Shown here: one piece after another, positions 20,999 to 28,987 of the stretch
Numbering within the stretch: the first letter of the stretch is position 1
How the letters are laid out: each line of letters begins with the position of its first letter
From: an uncultured Nitrososphaeraceae archaeon
Lineage (GTDB): Archaea; Thermoproteota; Nitrososphaeria; Nitrososphaerales; Nitrososphaeraceae
Assembly: GCA_963765895.1 (NCBI GenBank)
Contig: CAVXZB010000052.1
Span: 1 to 28,987, forward strand
Direction of reading: 5' to 3'
Length of the DNA stretch: 28,987 nucleotides
Notes under the pieces: model-generated
What the model saw: only the letters and a program-made list of their open reading frames with translations
What the model was told of the DNA's origin: nothing
The model's database searches: none
Program-made: the position numbers and the translations under genes

Positions 20999-21750
20999 AC
21001 AAATTAGCTCCTACCTGAAAGGATTAGAAATATATCTTTGTTTTGCAATCATGGTTATAGCTGCTAACTTGAAGCTGATATTATCGTCTTGTAAAGGCTG
21101 TTTATTACATTCCATTAATTACCATATGAGGATTACATGTTTATAATTTAATCTATTGTTTATTTGTTTGTTCTAATTGGATATCTGAATAATTATTATA
21201 AAAAGTATTATATTTATGAAGATATTCAAATTACTGATTCAGTCTTAAACGAGTCAGGTTTTAAAGTTCTCGTTATGGCGATTTTGGTTATCGATTCCGC
21301 GGGACAGTATGATGTTTTACAGGTTCATGATCTTTTTGTGAAGATAACGAAGGATGATATCTTCTGATTGGTAGTTTATCATAAAGGTCATAATGCGATA
21401 TCTGAATGCGTCTTAGGTCTCCTATTCTAACGCTGGCTAGATTAGCTAATAACTGCATAGCTTCAAGATATCCATAATATATAAGCGGCACGATGTTAAA
21501 ATAATACAAAGATGGGACAGTCAAAGGCCTGCAATAAACTATCTATTGCGCGATTTTAGAAGATGGCTCATAAATAAAAAGTAATGCAGAGATTGACTAA
21601 TGGTAGAAGGGGGGCGCGCAGATCACGGATATGATGTGACTCAATATCCTGGATGGTGTCCGGGTTTTAAAAGTGGGTACGCCGCTGAGTGGGCAATTCT
21701 AGAGGTCGGTAAATAAGTAGCACTAGCTCGCTACTGTCTGAGCTTCTACA

Positions 21751-22008
21751 TCAGCGACGGCTTTTACTACAGGGTCGCTGCGTAGCACCTGATACACTGG
21801 GTTTATTAAGGTAATAATTCTTAATATCGTCTTTATAGTCTTTGGCGTTTTTGTCTGATTTCTCCACGAGGCAGGTTGTTGCGTCTCCCTCGCTAGCAGT
21901 AGTAGGGGCCACGTCCTTAATAGGTTTATTGAGCGCCTTCGCGACAGGGGGTATGGCATTTAAAGCCTGCACTAATTGGTTAAATACAGACTCAGGTCTT
22001 CCTTGCAT
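21751..22008 (-). CDS. Hypothetical protein or gene fragment
   Basis: 85-aa ORF only; no recognised motif. Confidence 0.3.
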   Translation of the reverse strand: MQGRPESVFNQLVQALNAIPPVAKALNKPIKDVAPTTASEGDATTCLVEKSDKNAKDYKDDIKNYYLNKPSVSGATQRPCSKSRR

Positions 22009-22347
22009 ATCTTAACCAATGTCTTTAAGTCTAAATCACTGTAGTGCACACGTCCATACCACAAATATATCTAAAAATTGGTGGATAGAAAGACTATTGC
22101 AATTGTAACGAATTTGAAAAGGCAGTTGACTATAATGATATTCGATATTATCGACCTGAGGACGATAGGTTTAACGCAGTAAAAAAGCAGGTTGGTACCT
22201 ACATTCTTTGAGACATCAGCGTCCCACTGCTAGTCTGGAGCCTTTCAAGTATAGTCCATGGTGTACAAAGAAACTAAAACAACTAAAGAGTGAATAATTA
22301 TCCATACCACTTATATCGACCATAGCCCTTAAAATTATACACGAATA

Positions 22348-22551
22348 ATGCAGCCATACCATATGCTATTTAAGAAGGCCGAAGAGGGAGGCTTTACAGG
22401 AAAGTGCTTAGAGTTACCTGGAGCCATTTCTGAGGGAGAAACCATGGAAGAACTTAGAGCGAACATGATAGAAGCAATCTTGTTAGTCCAAGAGTCTATC
22501 AAGGAAGAGGCAGAACTAAGGCATGAGCAGATAACCGAAGTAATTGTCTAA
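22348..22551 (+). CDS. hicB: HicB-family antitoxin (short form)
   Basis: EEGGF...C.ELPGAISEGET.EE...N..EAI.L signature. Confidence 0.9.
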   Translation: MQPYHMLFKKAEEGGFTGKCLELPGAISEGETMEELRANMIEAILLVQESIKEEAELRHEQITEVIV

Positions 22552-22574
22552 CAAAGTAATTATTGACTGACTAA

Positions 22575-22791
22575 TTGAGTCTACGAAATCATAACTGGCG
22601 TGAGGTAGTTAGGGTTCAAAGTCGTCATGGTTTTGATATGGAAAGGCAGAGTGGTAGCCATATCCTACTAAAACACGTAGATGGAAGAAGGATAACGGTG
22701 ACCAAAACACGACACACTAAAACAGGGTACGTTAAGGGCTATTCTTGACCAGGCTGATATTTCAAGAGAGCAGTTTCTTAGCGAACTGTAG
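22575..22791 (+). CDS. hicA: HicA-family mRNA interferase toxin, one apparent frameshift near 22700
   Basis: Not in the ORF track. From TTG: ...HGFDMERQSGSHILLKHVDGRRITV/PKHDTLKQGTLRAILDQADISREQFL. Confidence 0.88.
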
Positions 22792-23036
22792 CGTAGAACT
22801 AGGTTCAGTGTCGCAGATGGCACATGCGGTGTTTACAACGAACTAACTGACACTATTATTCCTTTTCTATATTTTTTATGTTAAAGAGGCTTTACCTCCA
22901 GTAAGTAGGCGTTATTACGTTATTGCTGGATTGTAATCCGCATCTGGCAAGTTCTCGTCACTAAGATAACCAAATAATGGAACAAGCCATAATTTGTGTC
23001 CAGTTAATTATATATTTTCCTTAGGGTATGTTACCA

Positions 23037-23239
23037 ATGAATAAAATATTTTATGCAGTAGGCTTGGCTTTGCTAATTGTAGGAACTGCCGCAGCGACTA
23101 CAATCTTGACAATTCAGCCAGCGCAGGCACAGCACCATAAATGTAGCTTGCCGAACGGGGACCATTTCCAGGCCAAGGAGACCAAGGTTGTCCCCCGGGC
23201 TTAATTGATAACCCAGGCAGCGAACACGCAGGCAACTAA
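23037..23239 (+). CDS. Small secreted peptide (signal peptide ending AQA); probable 1-nt slip in GGGG 23157-23160
   Basis: MNKIFYAVGLALLIVGTAAATTILTIQPAQA-QHHKCSLPNG. As read it stops at 23204; the shifted frame ends at 23239, directly before a T-tract. Confidence 0.6.
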
Positions 23240-23260
23240 CTTTTTTTTATTTTTATTTAT
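23240..23260 (+). terminator. Oligo-T archaeal terminator-like tract
   Basis: cttttttttatttttatttat immediately after TAA 23237-23239. Confidence 0.55.
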
Positions 23261-23728
23261 AAACTAAACAAAATCGCATATTTTTCATTTATATAGTAAA
23301 AAAAATCTCTGGTGATTTCACGAGGGAATTTATGAACTCCTTTTTAGTTTCTTAGTACACCGCGGACAGAACAGAAAGGGCGCCAACGACACTATAGGCC
23401 TATCAAATTGTGCATCATTGCATATACCAACCGTCTTTTGTTATAGCGTTATAGGAATCCTCCTTAGCCTTGTAGTAACAGATATATCATATTCCACGCT
23501 TTTTTTAATTTTGCGACAACAATATCCTCCAGCCAATATAGTCATTACGAATTATCTATGACGTTTTTGCTGCCACTGCCATCGCTCTCGCTGTTATTGC
23601 TTTTCATTTTTTTAGTTTTGTTATGCGTATAGACAATAGTCCAGATAGTTGTTACAAACTACGGCAACATTATCAGTATTGCCGCTACGGGTGTAACTTC
23701 AGTTGGAACGACTACGACCATGATTTAA

Positions 23729-23893
23729 TTATCTCTCTTCAGTAACTTCTCCTTCTTCAACAATGAGGTTTGTTATCTCTGAACCATCGACATGTCTTAC
23801 TATGATATTGTATAAGTGGTCCATGCCTTGATCCCTATTCTCGCACTCGAAAGTTCCAGATATCTTGAAACTATAACGCTTTCTTTCTGTCAT
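23729..23893 (-). CDS. Small acidic hypothetical protein (54 aa)
   Basis: MTERKRYSFKISGTFECENRDQGMDHLYNIIVRHVDGSEITNLIVEEGEVTEER, read manually. Confidence 0.45.
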   Translation of the reverse strand: MTERKRYSFKISGTFECENRDQGMDHLYNIIVRHVDGSEITNLIVEEGEVTEER

Positions 23894-24255
23894 TGAATTC
23901 CACGTCTCAAGTAACTAATCATTTATCCTTTTTTATCTCATCCGTGGCGTGCTGAAAGATTTTAGCCATTGATGTATTACTACTACTACTGCTCGCCGTT
24001 ACTAGTTGGGGGGGTGTGTCGTAAATGTATCATTTCCAAGTGCCTTCACATTTACAAAGCGAGGCAAGTGAGGCAGATCCTGCCAGTCCTATTGTAACTA
24101 CAAGGATAGTCGCCAGAATAACGATGTCATTTCTCTCTTTACCTCATATCACTAGCATAAATGGATACCTTAAGATTCCTAATGTGTTGTTTAGACCGTG
24201 AGTCGGCGTTTTTATACGACCTTGCGCCTTTACTCATTAAAGTAGAGCCCCTTAA

Positions 24256-24543
24256 TTAGGTCAAATTTGATTCATACACCCTTGGGCCCCAGAAGATATA
24301 GCAATAAGAGGCTAGATGATTTGGATAACAAGTAATTATATGAATAAAGTCCTTTTTTTGATGATTGGACGTTCTTTTTGCTAATGGTGCTTCTTGGTAA
24401 ACACTTGTTGTAGGTGGATTAGGTCTTTTGCAGTTCAGTAACTGATCGATTGTCAAGATTTGGATCTTTGGATACTTGCGTTTCCAGACAGATGATGCAT
24501 AACGATCTGTTATTTTAGGTTCCTTTATCATTTCACTTGTCAT
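24256..24543 (-). pseudogene. C-terminal remnant of a DNA methyltransferase/restriction-endonuclease fusion
   Basis: T..MIKE....Y...W.RKYPKIQILTIDQLL..KRP matches the recalled C-terminus of MTase-Mrr-like fusions; no catalytic part present. Confidence 0.6.
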
Positions 24544-24660
24544 CTCTTATCTGTGCTTCTCTATGATTGATCCCATGATTGATGACGTTCCATTGGTTGC
24601 CTATCCTATTCCATTAAATTAATTAGAACCTAATATAGTATATAGATAATCAAGAAGCAT

Positions 24661-24897
24661 CTAGTGTGAGCGATAATGATGATGGTTGTCGCTAGTTCTC
24701 CTCTTATCAAAAGAAGCAACATTCCGTGGCGGAGGAGGACTATCATTCTCATGCCCTGAATGTGTTCTAATATGATTCCAGTAGTCTGAATTTGTGATCG
24801 CAGTTTTGCATACAGGACAATTGGCATAACCACATTTATGATGTCCTATAAAGTTTGGATGAAACGTAATGTTACATTTATCACATTTATTTTGCAT
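24661..24897 (-). CDS. Small Cys/His-rich protein with two putative zinc fingers
   Basis: CDKC-x10-HHKC and CPVC-x11-H-x3-H; His-rich tail. Confidence 0.6.
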   Translation of the reverse strand: MQNKCDKCNITFHPNFIGHHKCGYANCPVCKTAITNSDYWNHIRTHSGHENDSPPPPRNVASFDKRRTSDNHHHYRSH

Positions 24898-25044
24898 GTC
24901 TATTTTATCACTTTTGTCGTTGATAGTAGTATGTGCATATCGATAATTAGGATGTATCGAACGATTGCAGTTATATCAAGCTGGATAAGACGAAGCTCGA
25001 ATTACTACATGAAGTGAGTATAGTTATAGTTAGTTCACATGCAT

Positions 25045-25110
25045 TCCGGATATACATAGACTAATCTATAATACCTCATGTATATCTCAGTCATGGGCGC
25101 ACGCCAAATA
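25045..25110 (+). repeat. Dispersed non-coding repeat, degenerate 3' part (copy D)
   Basis: cggatataca...atgtatatctcagtcatgGGCGCACGCCAAAT resembles the ends of copies B and C. Confidence 0.5.
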
Positions 25111-25329
25111 GTGTGTTCTATAGATAAGGATTGAGACTTGATGATTTTTTCCAGCTCTAAACATGAGCCACTTTATTAACCAATTTCAGCAAGTTTCAAA
25201 TTTCATAGCTGTCCCAGCTCTTGACTTGATTGACTTGAATTTGTTGTACCGACTAAAGATAGAAATAATGAAGATATTGTAAATGCTCAGGGAGTGAAAG
25301 GTATGATGGCGAAGGGATCCGAGTTATAG

Positions 25330-25494
25330 ATGGAGCTAGTCTCATCACAGTCAGTAGAAGGAGCTTCTACCATCGAAATTAGGGCATTTAGAGGAAAGAA
25401 GAATGTATTCAAAGATGATATACTTGTAAGTAATGCTGACGCACAAAGACTAATGAGATTCATCAAGGAAAACTTCTCCCTCACCTCCCCATGA
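25330..25494 (+). CDS. Small hypothetical protein or gene remnant (54 aa)
   Basis: MELVSSQSVEGASTIEIRAFRGKKNVF...; the same frame continues upstream beyond a single TAG. Confidence 0.3.
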   Translation: MELVSSQSVEGASTIEIRAFRGKKNVFKDDILVSNADAQRLMRFIKENFSLTSP

Positions 25495-25694
25495 AATTAG
25501 GCGGTTACTGAAGTTCTTCCCAGAAATCAAAAGTTTTAATCCCAATTATACGATCAAGTATAATATCAATTCTGCAAAAAGGATGGTTATACTTATCAAT
25601 TATGATACCTTAATCCGATACTCGTGGTGAACTTAACATCTGTTGACTCCTTATTGATGATATCTATAGATAGTAGTAGCTAGTCGATGCGAAT

Positions 25695-25904
25695 CAACAT
25701 ATTAATTCCGTTAATATGCAACAAGTTTAACGCATTTGACTTTTTAACATATCCGATATAATTATCTCGGAAAAAGCGTTATAACCCGATAGGTGGGATG
25801 CTAGGTTTTAACCATTATCAAAAATGCTGCCTACTAGATGTAGACTAACGTCCCAAGATGGTGATAGAATTTATATATGCCGTATATGATGAGGCGCGCC
25901 AAAT
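25695..25904 (+). repeat. Dispersed non-coding repeat, copy C (best-preserved palindromes)
   Basis: CATATTAA-N5-TTAATATG (25698-25718), TCCGATATAATTATCTCGGA (25752-25771), GGCGCGCC (25893-25900). Confidence 0.8.
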
Positions 25905-26034
25905 AATCCATTCTATGAAAAACCTTCATTATTTTCCCGTCATGTTCACGGACTAGGTCTACTACTCTCAATAAAGATGAGATTACAAGAATGGCACGTA
26001 TGCTAAACTAGTAGCAATCATACCTCGCGAAGTA

Positions 26035-26340
26035 TTACCTTAATTTTTTAACTGAACCTGATTTATGCATAATACTCTTACCTGGTTTTTGTATCTGAGG
26101 CGCTGGCTGTTGTTGAATGAGCATATCTGCCTCCTCTCTTTTCTTTCTTTCTCTAAGCTTATCCTTATACTTCAAATTTCGTGGCCTTGTTCTTAGTCTA
26201 TAGCCACAGCAAGGACACCACAATCCAACCCAGTTGATGAATATTTCACAAATTTGGCATCGCCTCTGTCCTAAAGCGTAACGGCCATAGCCAGCTGGTT
26301 TTTGTGCCTTGTGACGTATACATATGCCTTTACAAGTCAT
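26035..26340 (-). CDS. Basic Cys-rich zinc-binding protein of a thaumarchaeal family
   Basis: MTCKGIC...RY..GQRRCQICEIFI.W.G..CPCCG.RLRT.PR. Confidence 0.8.
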   Translation of the reverse strand: MTCKGICIRHKAQKPAGYGRYALGQRRCQICEIFINWVGLWCPCCGYRLRTRPRNLKYKDKLRERKKREEADMLIQQQPAPQIQKPGKSIMHKSGSVKKLR

Positions 26341-26564
26341 TTTGCAATCCTACTGACGATTAATTGACGTTTTACTGTTTACGTATTGTACTTGGCAGGA
26401 AAAGGCTAGTTGATGGAAACATATCTCATAATTTATTTTCTATATTTATCAAAATATTATTTGTTATTCTTTCTTTTAGTATAAAATGAATACATATGAG
26501 TACTGCATGTAATATTTCTTCCAAATAGTTAATATATCGTAATGTACTCTATCTACGATAAAAA

Positions 26565-27043
26565 TTGGAAGAATATGACTTTGATGAAATGTGTCTGGTT
26601 GCTCTTGACATAAGCAAAGATGTAAAGGTTTGTGGCTGTTACAGATACTAACGGGAAACTACTCGCTGGAAAACAGTGTAAGGATGGTAATATCAATAAC
26701 AGTCTAATCAAAACTAGACTTTTCCAATTATCTTCTGCAGAAGCAAAAGAGTATCGGCAACATAGTCTAAAGGCTTCAGCTACATTTTTGTCATTACAAT
26801 ACGAATTATCTTTTCTATACAAATTACTTAGCAAGTACATTGAAGAGAATAAAAGATGACATGCAACATTCAGATAGTAAAGAGCAAGATTCGGCTCATC
26901 AAGTCGGACTTGTACAAATCCATGGGTTACTAAAAATAGCTATAGCTTCGCTAACGGCTAGGAACGATAGATATCTTTGTATATATTTAGAGTCTGCCTC
27001 GTCAAATCAAGAGATAATTACAAAGATACGTAACGCTATGTAA
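26565..27043 (+). CDS. Hypothetical protein with roadblock-like N-terminus, split by two apparent frameshifts
   Basis: EYDFDEMCLVALDISKDV/RFVAVTDTNGKLLAG.../...NDRYLCIYLES joins ORFs 26632..26859 and 26840..27043. Confidence 0.5.
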
Positions 27044-27375
27044 TCTTTCCATCATACAACACGGAATAAAAAAGTTGCATAAATATTGACGAGATTTGAA
27101 GAAGACCAAGTTTATGTTCTGTGATATGTTTAGTTTGCTTATTAAAGCCTCAATACTATACCAATTAAAATAATTTCTCTGATACATTGCCATAGTAACC
27201 TCTTCAGTCTGAGTTTGCCACTCAACTATAGATACAGATGAAAAATATCACTGTTAATTGAAGATATATATAATAAATAATATGCAGATGGAATCCATAT
27301 CCTGAGACAGATAAGGCGGTACCATTCACTATAACTGAGGACTCAAAAATTGCAAATACAGAAAGAGTATCCGCA

Positions 27376-27789
27376 ATGTTGGTAATTCCTGAGAGTTGCT
27401 TTCCATATTCGGGGGTTTGGATTGGTGGTATCAAAGATGGTGATAACCATTATCATTACCGGAGTCAGATAAGCGCGACACTTGACCATATATTTCTTAT
27501 GTCGTATATTGAAAATGATGACATGACCGATACTATGAGGGAGTTTAATCTAGTGTTTTGTCCAAAAGCATGTCTAGGATTATCAAGAATTGATAGGACC
27601 AGGCGAGCACAAATGCGACGTGTGAAAATGATAGCTCAACCAGATTTAATGCGACCTTATGTATTCATGGATATTAGAGCGTCGGATGTTGCACTGTCTA
27701 ACTTAATAAATTATTCTGAGCGTATACCTGCAGAATTTATCCCAGATATAACCAAGTATTATGATACCTGTAGGAAACACTTTACGTAA
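27376..27789 (+). CDS. Hypothetical protein (frame open from 27277, so the true start may be upstream)
   Basis: 137-aa ORF; no recognised motif. Confidence 0.55.
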   Translation: MLVIPESCFPYSGVWIGGIKDGDNHYHYRSQISATLDHIFLMSYIENDDMTDTMREFNLVFCPKACLGLSRIDRTRRAQMRRVKMIAQPDLMRPYVFMDIRASDVALSNLINYSERIPAEFIPDITKYYDTCRKHFT

Positions 27790-27920
27790 ACGGATCGTGC
27801 TTGGCATGAATCACAATTTTCTGTTTTTGTGGATGGCGCACCTCCAAACGATAATCAAAGTTTTGCAAGTCCTGCTACCGGTTCGTAAACTTAAATTACT
27901 TCGCAAAGTGCTTTGAAATT

Positions 27921-28601
27921 ATGGGATATAATTCAGTTCTCAAAAACTCCTTTGAAATATATCATGCAATCTATTGTCTTCGTTCTCTAGGTCTATTTCC
28001 ACATCATGATAGAGTAAAGTCATGGGATACACATAAGATGGTTGATATAATTAAGCAATCAGACACAAGCGCTTTTGTACTAGATGTTGGATGTAATGGT
28101 TCTCCGATTTTGACCCTGCTAAGTAGACTTGGTTTCATAAACCTATATGGATGTGATTTGCTCCTAGAAGAAGGAATACCATCCACAGTCGAAATGTACA
28201 AGACATTTGATATTTCAATTCAAAATTTAGAAAAAACCGAATTTCAAAACAATACATTTGATTTCGTTACATCACTATCAGTCATCGAGCACGGTATTAA
28301 TATTCAAAACTATTTTAAAGAAATGAATAGAATATTAAAAAAAGATGGATTACTTTTGACATCGACAGACTACTGGCCTGAGAAGATACCTAATCTAATA
28401 AATACGGATGTAAATCCTAAGAATTCGCCTGATAATATATTCAGCAGAAGAGAAATAGAGGAAGACGTAATTAGCATTGCAGAACAGAACGGTTTCCTTC
28501 TTACCGAACCAATAGATTTCACGCATGGGGAAAAAGTTGTTCATTGGAATGCTACGTGCCTTGATTACACTTTCATATTCTTTGCACTAAGGAAGAATTA
28601 G
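27921..28601 (+). CDS. Class I SAM-dependent methyltransferase
   Basis: VLDVGC, YGCDL, FDFVTSLSVIEH and RILKKDGLL motifs. Confidence 0.9.
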   Translation: MGYNSVLKNSFEIYHAIYCLRSLGLFPHHDRVKSWDTHKMVDIIKQSDTSAFVLDVGCNGSPILTLLSRLGFINLYGCDLLLEEGIPSTVEMYKTFDISIQNLEKTEFQNNTFDFVTSLSVIEHGINIQNYFKEMNRILKKDGLLLTSTDYWPEKIPNLINTDVNPKNSPDNIFSRREIEEDVISIAEQNGFLLTEPIDFTHGEKVVHWNATCLDYTFIFFALRKN

Positions 28602-28765
28602 TTAGTATGTAAAGGCCTGTTACAATTACCATGCACTAGAAATTGGTAGTCGGTTAAATCTATTGTGTGTGAAGAACAGGCATAAAACGTAGTATTAGAC
28701 CCAAAGAATTTTGCAAATGCTAGCGAGACTTAAAGATTTTGTCCTACTAAATCGAGAAGAAAATT

Positions 28766-28987
28766 TTGACCCTTAGTAGTCAGGAATTAGAGCAGAACCT
28801 AAATTTCATGCTATCACATTTTCAGGAGCCCATTTTCCCAAGGAATATGATGACGGATATCTTGAATATCAGAAGGAAGTGTTCAACATAAAGGAAGTCC
28901 TCGGTACTTTAAGGCATCAAACTATGAAGATTGTAGGATCAATGCCTATCCTTCATTTACTAAATACGATGGCATTAATAGAACTCC
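28766..28987 (+). pseudogene. 5' part of a second AEP primase-like gene; diverged direct repeat of 14823..15053; runs off the window
   Basis: TTG start, then TLSSQELEQNLNFMLSHFQEPIFPR...EDCRINAYPSFTKYDGINRT with two apparent indels. Confidence 0.75.

Noticed and set aside
16769-21620. Isolated GGCGCGCA words at 16769 and 21613 as further repeat copies
   Set aside because: They share orientation and core with the repeats, but I could not align the upstream repeat body; 16769 lies within a coding remnant.
21164-21717. ORFs 21164..21367, 21288..21524 and a short WCPGFKSGYAAEW frame
   Set aside because: Short, overlapping or start-less, with no recognisable family.
17188-25904. Canonical integron attC sites or MITEs
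   Set aside because: No paired RYYYAAC/GTTRRRY ends spanning a full-length hairpin, no integrase in the window, and no TIRs or target duplications seen; kept as an unexplained repeat family.
1-28987. tRNA or rRNA genes
   Set aside because: No GC-rich cloverleaf or rRNA-like segment noticed by eye; not confirmed with a covariance search.

Overview
AT-rich archaeal DNA whose gene content points to a soil ammonia-oxidising archaeon (Nitrososphaerota, Nitrososphaeraceae-like). An 11.5-kb block holds mostly core genes (ThiS/MoaD-ThiF fusion, thrC, hisI, dodecin, moaC-moaB, gdhA, cdc48) followed by an IS5-type element. It lies between two near-identical inverted copies of a >=3.7-kb accessory segment (1..3691 and 15177..18972). 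That segment carries an AEP-primase remnant, a secreted alpha/beta hydrolase, a Cys/His-domain remnant, an SDR, a (GTGA)n microsatellite and a SnoaL-like gene. From 14.1 kb to the end is a decayed accessory region with hicBA, small zinc-finger and secreted proteins, an R-M remnant, a SAM methyltransferase and a second AEP-primase copy. The most notable unexplained structures are (i) a family of co-oriented, palindrome-rich 120-210 bp non-coding repeats ending in GGCGCGC(C/A), (ii) a 22-bp motif at AEP starts and island edges, and (iii) sequence discrepancies clustering at AGCT/GATC/GTAC, which look like long-read errors at methylated sites. Most frameshifts in core genes are probably sequencing errors. 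All calls are by eye; no searches were run.
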